A DNA stretch of 37,933 bases from an uncultured Propionivibrio sp. (GTDB taxonomy: Bacteria > Pseudomonadota > Gammaproteobacteria > Burkholderiales > Rhodocyclaceae): contig CAZHFS010000001.1 in assembly GCA_964531885.1 (NCBI GenBank), positions 1 through 37,933 of the forward strand, read 5' to 3'. The translations under genes were made by a program, and so were the position numbers. Below are positions 1 to 10,149 of the stretch, in pieces. Within the stretch, counting starts at the first letter, position 1. Each line of letters begins with the position of its first letter. Under the pieces are notes generated by a model, which was given only the letters and a program-made list of their open reading frames with translations, was not told the DNA's origin and did not search any database.

Positions 1-1378
1 TGGAGTCGGCGACGATGCCGGCGCCGGCCTGAACGTGCAGCTTGCCGTCCTTGACAAGGGCCGTGCGGATGGCGATCGCCAGATCCATGTCGCCATGGAA
101 GCCAAGGTAGCCGACCGCGCCGGCATAGATCCCGCGCTTGACGGGCTCAAGCTCGTCGATGATTTCCATCGCCCGCACCTTGGGCGCACCGGAAACCGTC
201 CCGGCCGGAAAGGTGGCCTTGAGCACGTCGAGCGCATCCAACCCGGGCTGCAGCTTGCCTTCGACGTTTGACACGATATGCATGACGTGCGAGTAGCGCT
301 CGACCAGCATGTTCTCGGTCACGCGCACGCTGCCGACCCTGGAGACGCGCCCGGCGTCGTTGCGGCCGAGATCGAGGAGCTGCACGTGTTCGGCGCGCTC
401 CTTCTCGTCGGCCAGAAGTTCGGCGGCCAGTTCCTGATCCTCGGCGAACGACGCACCACGCTTGCGCGTACCGGCAATCGGACGAACGGTTACCGTTTCG
501 CCCTCAAGGCGCACCAGGATCTCCGGCGACGCACCGACGACATGGAAATCCTCGAAGTCGAAATAGAACATGTAGGGCGAGGGATTGAGCGAACGCAGCG
601 CGCGGTAGAGCGCCATCGGGCTCGCGCCAAAGGGTTTGCTCATGCGCTGCGAAAGGACGACCTGCATGATGTCGCCCTCGGTAATGTAGCGCTTGGCTTT
701 CTCCACCGCCTGCTTGAAATGCGCCTCGCCAAACAGCGATACCGCGGGAGCCGAAACCTGCGGCGTTTCCACGGGGATGGCCGCCGGTTCGCGCAATTTG
801 GCCAACAGTGCTTTCAGCCGCGCCTGCGCCTTCTGGTAAGCCCCTGGCACGCCGGGCTCGGCATAGACGACGAGCGTCAGCTTGCCGGAGAGATTATCGA
901 CGACAGCGATTTCCTCGGAGAGCAGCAGGACGATGTCCGGCGTGCCGAGTTCGTCAGCCTTGCGTGTCCGCGTGAGGCGCGTTTCAACGTAGCGCACGGT
1001 GTCGTAACCGAAACAGCCGACCAATCCGCCGCAGAAGCGAGGCAAGCCGGGGGCCGGCGCGGCACGGAAGCGCTTCATGAACTTGCCGATGAAGTCGAGC
1101 GGGTTGGTATCGTCTTCGCGCTCGGCGATGCGGTCGCCGGTCAGGACCAGCACCTGATGGGCGTTGACCACCAGGCGGGTCGGGCTGGCGAGGCCAATGA
1201 TCGAGGAGCGCCCGAAACGCTCCCCGCCCTGAACGGATTCGAGCAGGTAGGTATAAGGGCCGTTGGCCAGCTTGAGGTAGATCGATAGCGGGGTATCGAG
1301 ATCGGCAAAGGTTTCGAGGGTAACGGGGATACGGTTATAACCCTCGGCAGCCAGCCGGTTGAAATACGATTCGGTCAT
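1..1378 (-). CDS. trpE: Anthranilate synthase component I (3' end outside window)
   Basis: Not in the ORF track because it runs off the edge. Manual translation from ATG 1378 (GGAG RBS): [57 protein letters not shown], with later motifs [31 protein letters not shown]. Follows rpe-gph. Confidence 0.96.
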   Translation of the reverse strand, partial: MTESYFNRLAAEGYNRIPVTLETFADLDTPLSIYLKLANGPYTYLLESVQGGERFGRSSIIGLASPTRLVVNAHQVLVLTGDRIAEREDDTNPLDFIGKFMKRFRAAPAPGLPRFCGGLVGCFGYDTVRYVETRLTRTRKADELGTPDIVLLLSEEIAVVDNLSGKLTLVVYAEPGVPGAYQKAQARLKALLAKLREPAAIPVETPQVSAPAVSLFGEAHFKQAVEKAKRYITEGDIMQVVLSQRMSKPFGASPMALYRALRSLNPSPYMFYFDFEDFHVVGASPEILVRLEGETVTVRPIAGTRKRGASFAEDQELAAELLADEKERAEHVQLLDLGRNDAGRVSRVGSVRVTENMLVERYSHVMHIVSNVEGKLQPGLDALDVLKATFPAGTVSGAPKVRAMEIIDELEPVKRGIYAGAVGYLGFHGDMDLAIAIRTALVKDGKLHVQAGAGIVADS

Positions 1379-1489
1379 TGGATGCTCCACGAACGGGGTC
1401 TGCACGGCAGTGCAGGTCTGCAAACGGGGCGCCACGCAGGCACCGGAGTGGGCGCGCCACGGCTCGCGCGCCAGGAGTACGGGCGAAAG

Positions 1490-1567
1490 TCAGCGGCAGG
1501 GCCGCCAGGGCCACGCCTCCGCCCAGAATGCGGGCGCGGTTTGCAGGTTGTCGCGAAGCAGGGACAT
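1490..1567 (-). CDS. Putative trp leader peptide (25 aa, three Trp codons)
   Basis: ATG 1567 to TGA 1490 reads MSLLRDNLQTAPAFWAEAWPWRPCR*. It ends 111 nt upstream of the trpE start and is followed by GC-rich hairpins. Confidence 0.7.
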   Translation of the reverse strand: MSLLRDNLQTAPAFWAEAWPWRPCR

Positions 1568-1611
1568 GGGTTGGAGAAACCGAGTCGTATGCCGTTTAAG
1601 TGATTGCAGAA

Positions 1612-2340
1612 TCAGGATTGGCGTTTGACGATGCGCTCAGCAGCGCTCGCCACGGTTGGGACTATAGCATCGCAGGCAAGTTCCCGTACATCCTTGCCTT
1701 CGTTATAGCCGTAGGGCAACAGATACACATGACAGTCCGCCGCCCGCCCGGCGAGGAAATCGTTGACCGAATCGCCGACGAACAGGGTGTTGCGGGGTGC
1801 CACGCCCAGCCGGCCGCACGTCCAGATGAGTGGCATCGGATCGGGTTTCTGGCGAGGGAAGCGGTCGCCACCGACCACCACGTCAAAGAAACCGCCAAGG
1901 CCCAAGTGTTCGATCAAGGGCAACGTAAAGGCATCGGGCTTGTTGGTGATCACCGCCATCGGAATGCCTTTGGCCTTGAGCATCTCCAATCCTTCGACAA
2001 CGCCGGGATAGCACGCCGCGTGCTTGCCGTTGGCCTCGGCATAGTGGCGGCGAAAACTGTCGACGGCATGTTGCGGCGCCGGGGTCGGGTCTTCACTGGC
2101 TTCGAGATTGCCCGCCAGGACGCGCTTGACGAGGTTGTGCATGCCGCGTCCGACATAGGCCCGCACATCCTCGACCGGAATCTGTGGCCGCCCGAGGTCG
2201 CGCAGCATGCCGCACACGCCGAGATAAAGGTCAGCCACGCTGTCGACCAGCGTCCCGTCAAGATCAAAGAGAACGGCATCGACGGCCAGTGTTTGTATTG
2301 CCTGGTTCGGGTTATTCATGGTGCAGTCATTCAGAATCAT
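1612..2340 (-). CDS. gph: Phosphoglycolate phosphatase (HAD family)
   Basis: HAD motifs [30 protein letters not shown] overlap with the rpe stop; alternative start 2319. Confidence 0.92.
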   Translation of the reverse strand: MILNDCTMNNPNQAIQTLAVDAVLFDLDGTLVDSVADLYLGVCGMLRDLGRPQIPVEDVRAYVGRGMHNLVKRVLAGNLEASEDPTPAPQHAVDSFRRHYAEANGKHAACYPGVVEGLEMLKAKGIPMAVITNKPDAFTLPLIEHLGLGGFFDVVVGGDRFPRQKPDPMPLIWTCGRLGVAPRNTLFVGDSVNDFLAGRAADCHVYLLPYGYNEGKDVRELACDAIVPTVASAAERIVKRQS

Positions 2341-3038
2341 TTGGCAAATCCGAGCACCGACAACTGGGCTCGCAAGGCGGCAATCACCGTGTCGTAACGA
2401 TGCGCATCTGTTGAACGCGCCGCACCGTAAACGGCCGATCCGGCGACAAAGGTATCGGCCCCGGCACGCGCAATCTCGGCAATGTTGTCGACCTTCACAC
2501 CACCGTCAATTTGCAGGCGGATGCGCCGCCCCGTTCTTTGGGTATAGGCATCGATTTTTGCCCGCACAGCGCGCAGCTTGTCGAGCGTCGCCGGAATGAA
2601 GGCTTGCCCGCCAAAGCCCGGATTGACGCCCATCAGCAGAACCATATCGAGCTTGTCCATGACGTAGTCCATGTACTCGAGCGGCGTCGCCGGATTAAAG
2701 ACGAGGCCAGCCTGACACCCGTGCTCGCGAATCAGCGACAGACTGCGGTCGACATGCTCCGAAGCTTCCGGATGAAAGGTAATCATGTTCGCCCCGGCCT
2801 TGGCGAAATCGGGAATGATGCGGTCAACCGGCTTGACCATCAGATGGACGTCGATCGTCGCCGAGGTCAGCGGCCGGATCGCCGCGCAAACCATCGGACC
2901 GACCGTGAGATTGGGAACGTAATGGTTATCCATTACATCGAAATGGATCCAGTCGGCACCGGAGGCGATGACATCGGTGACTTCGGCACCCAGCCGGGTG
3001 AAATCGGCCGACAGGATGCTGGGGGCAAGAATGAACAT
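2337..3038 (-). CDS. rpe: Ribulose-phosphate 3-epimerase
   Basis: [40 protein letters not shown] motifs. Confidence 0.97.
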   Translation of the reverse strand: MFILAPSILSADFTRLGAEVTDVIASGADWIHFDVMDNHYVPNLTVGPMVCAAIRPLTSATIDVHLMVKPVDRIIPDFAKAGANMITFHPEASEHVDRSLSLIREHGCQAGLVFNPATPLEYMDYVMDKLDMVLLMGVNPGFGGQAFIPATLDKLRAVRAKIDAYTQRTGRRIRLQIDGGVKVDNIAEIARAGADTFVAGSAVYGAARSTDAHRYDTVIAALRAQLSVLGFAK

Positions 3039-3140
3039 AAGCGCAGGAAGACGAACGGCAAAACCGGGATTTTAGCGCGAAACCCGCGGACCTTGCCCTT
3101 CTTGCCGAACAAAGGCGTAAATTAGCCGCCCGACCTTCCG

Positions 3141-4736
3141 TTACATGACATCCGGCTCGTCAATCTGCTCGGGATCAAGGTAGGCATGCGCATAGTCGAG
3201 ATACACCTTGCGCCGCACGAAGACATCGAAGAGATCGGGATCGACGTGGCCGTTATCGCGGAAATTGCGCAGGATGCGCAAAGCGACCGACAGTTTGAGC
3301 CCCGGCTTGTAGGGGCGATCATGCGCCGTCAGCGCCTCGAAAATATCGGCAATGCCCATGATCCGTGCCGGAATCGACATCTCCTCCCGGCGCAGGCCTT
3401 TGGGGTAACCCTTGCCATCCATGCGCTCATGGTGCCCCCCTGCATATTCCGGCACCCGCGCCAGATGCTTGGGCCAGGGCAGCGCCTCGAGCATTTTGAT
3501 CGTGGCCACGATGTGATGGTTGATGATCTGGCGCTCATCCGCTGTCAGCGTCCCAGCACGAATGGTCAGATTCTCCATTTCGTTGGCCGAGAGAAAATCA
3601 CGCATCTCGCCGTCTTCGTCCTGCCAGCGATACGCCGTGGCAATGTGCCTGACCCGTGCCTGATCCTCCTCGCGCATGGATTCCACGCCGCGATTGACCT
3701 GGCGTAAGAAGTCACGATCCGATTCAAGTACTGCGTGTCGTTCCGCCAGTTTCCGGGCGGCCACATCCGGGTCTTCGCCCGCCAGCACGGCACGCAGCGA
3801 CTCAATCTCGGCATCCCGGCGCACGACCTCGAATCGCGTATCGATCAACGCGATTCGGTCAAAAATCGTCTGTAGCTTGGTGGCCTTGTCGACGACGTGC
3901 ACCGGCGTCGTCACCTTGCCGCAATCGTGCAGCAAGCCAGCAATCTTGAGCTCGTAGCGATCCTTGTCGCTCAGTGCAAAGTCGGCCAACGCCCCTTCGC
4001 TGTCAGCACTGGCCGCTTCGGCCAGCATCATGGTCAGCGTCGGCACACGCTGGCAGTGCCCCCCGGTATAAGGCGATTTTTCATCGATGGCCAGGTTGAT
4101 CAACGAAATGAACGACTCGAACAGGCGCTCCATCTGATCGATCAGCAAGCGGTTGGTCAGGGCAACGGCCGCCTGCGACGCCAGCGACTCGGCCAATTGC
4201 TGATCAGCCAGGGAAAACTCCTGGACCTGGCCGTCCGGTGCCAGGGCATTGATCAACTGCAGCACGCCGATGACCTCGTTCTCGTGGTTCTTCAGCGGCA
4301 CCGTCAGAAATGAGCGCGAGCGATAACCCGTTGTCGCGTCGAAGCGACGCGTTCCGGAAAAATCGAAACCTTGCGCGACGTAGGCATCGGCGATATTGAC
4401 CGTTTCCTTGTGCAGGGCCGAATAGGCGGCGACCAGGGTATTGTTCTCCGCCCCATCGGCAAGGTAGAGATCCAGATCGCCAAAATGTGCAGGCAGCGCC
4501 GCCCCCTCCACCCCGCCGAAGGCGATGCCCAAGGAATCGGTACGCACAATCGCAAAATGGAGGCGCCGCGCGTCCTCGCTCATGCGGTACAACGTACCGC
4601 CGTCGGCATGCGTAATCGCCTTGGCTGCAATCAGGATGCTCTCCAGCAGCCGGTCCAGATTGCGCTCACTGGAGAGCGCAGCGCCGATGGCGTTGAGTTG
4701 CTCGAATCGACGAAATAGATCGCTCATGGTATCCAT
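3141..4736 (-). CDS. GAF + HD-GYP domain cyclic dinucleotide phosphodiesterase
   Basis: N-terminal GAF (FDATTGYRSRSFLTVPL...GVLQLIN); HD-GYP motifs HCQRV, LLHDCGK, HHERMDGKGYP, ADIFEALT, RPYK. Confidence 0.9.
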   Translation of the reverse strand: MDTMSDLFRRFEQLNAIGAALSSERNLDRLLESILIAAKAITHADGGTLYRMSEDARRLHFAIVRTDSLGIAFGGVEGAALPAHFGDLDLYLADGAENNTLVAAYSALHKETVNIADAYVAQGFDFSGTRRFDATTGYRSRSFLTVPLKNHENEVIGVLQLINALAPDGQVQEFSLADQQLAESLASQAAVALTNRLLIDQMERLFESFISLINLAIDEKSPYTGGHCQRVPTLTMMLAEAASADSEGALADFALSDKDRYELKIAGLLHDCGKVTTPVHVVDKATKLQTIFDRIALIDTRFEVVRRDAEIESLRAVLAGEDPDVAARKLAERHAVLESDRDFLRQVNRGVESMREEDQARVRHIATAYRWQDEDGEMRDFLSANEMENLTIRAGTLTADERQIINHHIVATIKMLEALPWPKHLARVPEYAGGHHERMDGKGYPKGLRREEMSIPARIMGIADIFEALTAHDRPYKPGLKLSVALRILRNFRDNGHVDPDLFDVFVRRKVYLDYAHAYLDPEQIDEPDVM

Positions 4737-4748
4737 GCCGCCCTCCGG

Positions 4749-7085
4749 CTATTTGATGCAAACGGCACGAACCTGCTTGAGGTCAGTCACGCCGGAGAGG
4801 ATTTTCTCGATGCCATCCATTTTCAGCGTGCGCATGCCTTCATTGAGCGCCGTGGTAAACAGCTCGGCGACGCGCGCATGCTCCTGGATCTGCTTCTTGA
4901 GCCGATCGCTGCCGATCAACAATTCATGCAACCCGACCCGCCCGCGATAACCACTTCCGCCGCAGGCTTCACAGCCCTTGGCGCGGCAAAGCGAAAACGC
5001 TCCGTCGCGCGCGTAAGCTCGCCGCCATTCGTCCAGCACTGCCGCACGTGCCGCCACCGGATCGCGTTGCCAGCTATCGGTCTGAGCGAGCTCCTCGCAG
5101 TACTCACCAAGCAGACGATCAATCTCCTCTGCTGACGGCGCGTAAGCGACCTTGCACTCCTTGCACAGGCGTTTGGCCAGACGCTGGGCCAAGATGCCGA
5201 GCAAGGCATCGGCAAAGTTGAACGGATCCATGCCCATGTCGAGCAAGCGGTTGATCGATTCCGGGGCACTGTTGGTGTGCAAGGTGGCAAAGACCAGATG
5301 ACCGGTGAGTGAGGCCTCGATACCAATGCTCACCGTCTCGCGATCGCGCATTTCGCCAACCATGATCACATCCGGATCGGCACGCAGGAACGAACGCATC
5401 ACCGTGGCAAAATCGAGCCCGGCTTTCTTGTTAACCTGTACCTGACGCAACCCCTTCTGGGTGATCTCCACCGGATCTTCGGCCGTCCAGATCTTGGTTT
5501 CCGGGGTATTAATGAAATTAAGGATCGAATGCAGCGTTGTCGTCTTGCCCGACCCTGTCGGCCCGCAGACAAAGAACAAACCATAGGGCTTGCCAACTGC
5601 ATCCTTCAAGCGCCGCAGGTTATCGGGCAGCACCCCGAGCTGATCAAGTGGAATCGGTTCGCCCGCTGCCAGGATGCGCATCACCACATCTTCCAGGCCG
5701 CCTGCCGTGGGCAGGGTGGCAACGCGCAACTCGATATCGAGCGGACCGAACTTGCGGAACTTGATCTTGCCGTCCTGTGGTTTCCGTCGCTCCGAAATAT
5801 CGAGATCGCACATGATCTTGAGGCGCGCCACCAGCGCATTGCGATACGACGCCGGAATCTCGATATACGGAGAGAGCGAACCGTCCTTGCGGAAACGGAT
5901 CAGGGTTTTTTCCTTACCCGGCCTCGGCTCGATGTGAATATCCGACGCCCCTTGCTGATAGGCATCGACGATGATCTTGTTAACCAGCCGCACCAGTTCG
6001 TTGTCGCTCGCTGCAGAAAGGTCATCGCCTGAACTGCCGGGCTCGCTGACATCACCATCCTCCATGCCGGAGAGCATCTCGCCGAGCGACCCCATGTCGG
6101 CCAGCGCGCCAAAAAACTGGTCGACACCCTGCCGGAATTCCAAAACCGTGGTTACCCGGTAGGTAATCCGCCCACGCGGAAAGATATTCTCAACCACGCG
6201 CGAACTGCGCACGCGCTCAGGATCTGGCGCCACGACCACGATGCCTTCGCTGCCTTCCTCGACCGGTAGCCAGAGATTGCTTTCGACATAGTCACGCTTG
6301 AGGTTTTTGAGCAGATCCAAAGGCTTGACGCGCCCCGCCCGAAACGGCTCATACGGGACGCCGAAGAACGAAGCCAGTGCGCGGCCGATGGCGGCTGGTG
6401 GGACCTGAAACTCGCGCAGCAGGACATCCTCGAGCTCCAGCCCCTTGCGCCGCGCCGAACGCTGCGCAAGATCGAGCTCCGCCGCAGAAAGCACCGCATC
6501 TGCCACCAGTCCATCGTAGCGCGTGCGAATCGCCGGACGCGGCTTCTGGCGCTGCACGAAAGCCACCGCCAGGGTCTGCGCCAGGCTGGTGATCCCTTCT
6601 TCTGCGAGCGCAGGGAAAGCCTGTTCGTCGCGCCGATTGATGAACTGGACGACCCCGAGCAATTCGCCGGTCGGCGCATCGACAATCGGCGCGGCAAGCA
6701 TCTGCCGACTGCGATACCCCGTCCGCTGATCGACCTCACTCAGAAACCGCAGGCGCGGACTATGCTGCATCAGTTCTTCTTGATCATAGACATCGCGCAG
6801 GTTGAGTCGCTTGCGCATCTTGGCCACAAAACCTGCAACACTCTGCTCGGATATCGGCAAACGAATGTCCTTGAAGGAGTGCAAGCCGGTCTTGACCTTG
6901 GACACGATGCTCTGCCGGTCCTCGCTCACGGCATAGAGCGTCAGCCGATCGCATTCGAACAGTTCGCACAGATCAGTGGACAATTCGAGCATCAGCTCAT
7001 CGAGATTGCCTGTCGCGTGGATCTTGTTGCTGACCGTCTGCAGGCGCTTGAGAAAATCCAGCCGAAAAGTAAGGTCGCCGCTCAT
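4749..7085 (-). CDS. GAF-domain PilB/GspE-family secretion ATPase
   Basis: ASDIHIEP, Walker A GPTGSGKT, Asp box TAEDPVE, Walker B DVIMVGE, His box GHLVFATLHTN, CxxC...CxxC. Extra N-terminal GAF (aa about 27-178). Confidence 0.92.
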   Translation of the reverse strand: MSGDLTFRLDFLKRLQTVSNKIHATGNLDELMLELSTDLCELFECDRLTLYAVSEDRQSIVSKVKTGLHSFKDIRLPISEQSVAGFVAKMRKRLNLRDVYDQEELMQHSPRLRFLSEVDQRTGYRSRQMLAAPIVDAPTGELLGVVQFINRRDEQAFPALAEEGITSLAQTLAVAFVQRQKPRPAIRTRYDGLVADAVLSAAELDLAQRSARRKGLELEDVLLREFQVPPAAIGRALASFFGVPYEPFRAGRVKPLDLLKNLKRDYVESNLWLPVEEGSEGIVVVAPDPERVRSSRVVENIFPRGRITYRVTTVLEFRQGVDQFFGALADMGSLGEMLSGMEDGDVSEPGSSGDDLSAASDNELVRLVNKIIVDAYQQGASDIHIEPRPGKEKTLIRFRKDGSLSPYIEIPASYRNALVARLKIMCDLDISERRKPQDGKIKFRKFGPLDIELRVATLPTAGGLEDVVMRILAAGEPIPLDQLGVLPDNLRRLKDAVGKPYGLFFVCGPTGSGKTTTLHSILNFINTPETKIWTAEDPVEITQKGLRQVQVNKKAGLDFATVMRSFLRADPDVIMVGEMRDRETVSIGIEASLTGHLVFATLHTNSAPESINRLLDMGMDPFNFADALLGILAQRLAKRLCKECKVAYAPSAEEIDRLLGEYCEELAQTDSWQRDPVAARAAVLDEWRRAYARDGAFSLCRAKGCEACGGSGYRGRVGLHELLIGSDRLKKQIQEHARVAELFTTALNEGMRTLKMDGIEKILSGVTDLKQVRAVCIK

Positions 7086-7088
7086 AGT

Positions 7089-7856
7089 TCAGAACTCAAA
7101 GACTTGATCGTTATGCAGCATCTGCGGATTGAACCGTGCTGCGCACCGGGTGATTTCTCCCATGATTTGTTCGATCTGGCCGGGCTTCAGATGTGTGATG
7201 AAGATCTCAGGCAGACGCTCAAGCTTGGCGAGTTCTGCGACCAGCAGGCTCGGACAAAGGTGCTTGGAAACCTCGGCCAGGCTCCGCTCGCGGTCGGGAA
7301 ACGCCGTCTCGATGATCAGGTATCGCAGATTGCCAATGGCATTAACAATCGGCCATAACTCATCAGAGCCTGCCGTATCACCGGTAAACACGAGGCTGCC
7401 CTGGCCGGAGTCGAGATGGAAGCCGAGGGCTGGCACGGTATGCCGGGCCGGCAGGGCCGTAAAAGCACGCGCGCCGAGGGAAAGTGTCTGCCCGACCTCG
7501 ATTGCCCGGTATTGCATCAGCGGCCTGCGCCGTACCTTGATCTCGCTGAAATCTGGCCAGATTGCCCAGTTGAAGATGTGCTGCTTGAGGATGGTCAAGG
7601 TTGCCTGGCAGGCATGCACCGTCACCGGCCGCTCGCGCAAGTCGGCGACCGAGTCGATCATCAACGGCAGGGCCGCGATATGGTCAAGGTGGGAATGCGT
7701 CACGAAAACGTGATCGATCGCCGCCAAAGCATCCAACGGCAAATCACCGACGCCGGTTCCGGCATCGATCAGAACATCATGATCGACAAGCATCGACGTG
7801 GTGCGCAGCTTATGCCCGCCGATACCACCGCTACAGCCGAGTACCCTGACTTTCAT
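7089..7856 (-). CDS. Metallo-beta-lactamase-fold 3',5'-cyclic nucleotide phosphodiesterase (class II-like)
   Basis: MKVRVLGCSGG start, LIDAGTG, THSHLDH (HxHxDH), HTVP, FTGDT, IETAFP, ITHLKP. Start moved from 7883 to ATG 7856. Confidence 0.82.
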   Translation of the reverse strand: MKVRVLGCSGGIGGHKLRTTSMLVDHDVLIDAGTGVGDLPLDALAAIDHVFVTHSHLDHIAALPLMIDSVADLRERPVTVHACQATLTILKQHIFNWAIWPDFSEIKVRRRPLMQYRAIEVGQTLSLGARAFTALPARHTVPALGFHLDSGQGSLVFTGDTAGSDELWPIVNAIGNLRYLIIETAFPDRERSLAEVSKHLCPSLLVAELAKLERLPEIFITHLKPGQIEQIMGEITRCAARFNPQMLHNDQVFEF

Positions 7857-7898
7857 ACGCACACCCCAGGCTCTGCGAATCAATGGATCGAAAAACCA

Positions 7899-10118
7899 TT
7901 ATTTCGTGGCAAACGCCGTCACACCATCCCAACCGTCCCCCGGCGGCTTCCGCCGGAAGTGATTCAAGCGCTCGCGATACAAGCGGTAAAGCCCGCTATC
8001 GGGTTGCATCGCGCACAACTCATCAAGGGATGCTTCTGCCGCATCCCAGTTCTGCGAACGATAATACGCAAGCGTCTGCTCCCACAAGCCGAGTTCAGCC
8101 CGAACCAAAACATCCACGCCTGCGGCCTCTCCCAGCGGCTCGTACAAGGCGACCGGCTGCGCCTTGCCTTTGACCCGTACCCGATCAATTTCGCGGCAGG
8201 CATAGTCGCCTATCCGGGCACGCGTTTCCTCGCCGATCGCGATGCCAACCCCATACTGCTTGGTCAGCCCTTCGATGCGCGAGGCAAGATTCACCGCATC
8301 GCCCATGACCGTGTAAGCCTTACGCACCGAAGACCCCATGTCACCGACGGTCATGGTGCCGGTATTGATCCCGACCCCGATATGGAGCAGCGGCCAGCCG
8401 CGCTCCGTAAACTGTGCATCCAGGGTGCGCACGGCGCGCTGCATATCAAGCGCTGCCTCGACGGCATGGCGAGCATGATCGGCATCGGCAACCGGCGCCC
8501 CCCAGAACGCCATGATCGCATCCCCGATGTACTTGTCGAGTGTCCCCCGGTGCCGCCGAATGACTTCGGTCATCGTACTCAGGTAGGCATTCATCAGACA
8601 GGTCAGCTCGTGTGGGTCCAGCCCTTCCGAGATCGAAGTGAAGCCGCGCACGTCGGCAAACAACACCGTCAGTTCGGCATTACGCCCATCCATGCTGTAG
8701 CGCACCGGGTCGCGCGCCATTTCATCGACCAGTTCGGGCGGCACATACTGACCGAATAGGTCAGCGAACTGGCGCTTGCTGCGCGACTCGACAAAATACC
8801 CCCAGCACATGTTAAAGGCGTACAGCAGGACGCTGACACAAAACGCCGCCGCAATTGGCACGGCCAGACCGGCATGCCAATACGCCAGATTTGCCGCAGC
8901 CAAGCCAGCACTGACAAACAAGCCGAGCAGCGTTGCCCAGCGCGGCCCGAGGAACGGCAAGCCCAGGGCCAGCACCAGCACACACAACAACACCTGCAGA
9001 AAATCCAGCGCAAGGACGTATTCAGGTTTGGCCTTGATCTCGCCATCGAGCATCCCGGCAATCAGGTTGGCATGAATCTCGACTCCTGGATACGCCGCGC
9101 CGACCGGCGTCGAGCGCAGATCCATGAGCCCCGGCGCGGTTGTCCCGACGATCACGATACGGTCGTTCAACCGGCTGGCCGGGGCACGCCCCGCGAGAAC
9201 ATCGGCCGCGCTGAGGTAAGAGAAGCTGCCCTGCTCCCCGCGGTACGGGATCAATGTCGCCACTTGAGCATCGACCGGGATGCGCAGTTCACGGTTTGGC
9301 GTCCGGATCCCAAGCCACTCAGGCCCCAGGCCTTGCTCGCCTGCGCCCTCCGCGAACAACGGGCGCACAGGCGCATCGCCGAACAAGCGGCGGACCACCG
9401 CCAGTGACAAGGCTTCGTAGTACCCCCCATCAATTCCGACCAGAAGCGGTACCCGCCTGACCACCCCGTCGGCATCCTGGAGTGGAGTGAAGTGTCCGGC
9501 ACTGGCGGCAACCTGCGCCAGAACCGGGAGATTTCCGCCATAGCCAGACCAATGAGTGGCAAACGGGGAAAGCACACTCCCCTCTTCCCGCTGCAAAACC
9601 GGTTCAGGCAAAGCACCATGCCTTTGGACCGTACTGAAGTTGTTCAGGTAATACCCCATGACCACGGACCGGCCACGCAAGGCGTCGGCAAACCGTTGGT
9701 CATGGTCGAGTGCCGGACGCAAACGCTCAAGCGCCTGGATAAACCTCCCCTCACCGCGCAATTCGTTGCCCGCGAGGCGCTCGAGCGTAGCCAATCCGGA
9801 ACTGGTGTCCGGTTCGGCGAAAACCACATCGAAGGCCAGGAGGCGAATGCGATACTCATCGAACAACCGGTCGACGAGAGCGGCCATCTGGTCGCGCGCC
9901 CAGGGCCAACGCCCGACCTCAGCCAGACTCGCCTCATCCAGATCGACAATGACGATGCGCTCATCGCGCCCACCCGGGGCTGTCAATGCCAGGCGCGCAT
10001 CGTAAACGAAGGCGTCGAGCGTACTAAGCAGAGGGATGCGATAGAGATGGTAGGCGTGCCCAAGAAAAACCAGGCCGAGGCACAGGCCAAGAACCATGCG
10101 TACCAGGTGACGTCTCAC
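7899..10118 (-). CDS. CHASE2-domain class III adenylate cyclase
   Basis: N-terminal TM; CHASE2 (IVIVDLDEASL, GRWPWAR, FDVVFAEPD, PGVEIHAN); 3 TMs; cyclase motifs FADVRGFT, DKYIGDA, YTVMGDAVNLASRIE, VKGK. GTG start. Confidence 0.92.
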   Translation of the reverse strand: MRRHLVRMVLGLCLGLVFLGHAYHLYRIPLLSTLDAFVYDARLALTAPGGRDERIVIVDLDEASLAEVGRWPWARDQMAALVDRLFDEYRIRLLAFDVVFAEPDTSSGLATLERLAGNELRGEGRFIQALERLRPALDHDQRFADALRGRSVVMGYYLNNFSTVQRHGALPEPVLQREEGSVLSPFATHWSGYGGNLPVLAQVAASAGHFTPLQDADGVVRRVPLLVGIDGGYYEALSLAVVRRLFGDAPVRPLFAEGAGEQGLGPEWLGIRTPNRELRIPVDAQVATLIPYRGEQGSFSYLSAADVLAGRAPASRLNDRIVIVGTTAPGLMDLRSTPVGAAYPGVEIHANLIAGMLDGEIKAKPEYVLALDFLQVLLCVLVLALGLPFLGPRWATLLGLFVSAGLAAANLAYWHAGLAVPIAAAFCVSVLLYAFNMCWGYFVESRSKRQFADLFGQYVPPELVDEMARDPVRYSMDGRNAELTVLFADVRGFTSISEGLDPHELTCLMNAYLSTMTEVIRRHRGTLDKYIGDAIMAFWGAPVADADHARHAVEAALDMQRAVRTLDAQFTERGWPLLHIGVGINTGTMTVGDMGSSVRKAYTVMGDAVNLASRIEGLTKQYGVGIAIGEETRARIGDYACREIDRVRVKGKAQPVALYEPLGEAAGVDVLVRAELGLWEQTLAYYRSQNWDAAEASLDELCAMQPDSGLYRLYRERLNHFRRKPPGDGWDGVTAFATK

Positions 10119-10149
10119 CCCGCTCCCCGCCTCGGCCCGACGAACTGCC

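Noticed and set aside
278-1288. 336-aa plus-strand ORF
   Set aside because: Antisense shadow of trpE, which the track missed because it runs off the window; no motifs.
7416-8759. 447-aa plus-strand ORF across the PDE and cyclase
   Set aside because: Antisense to well-supported genes; long shadow ORFs are expected in GC-rich DNA.
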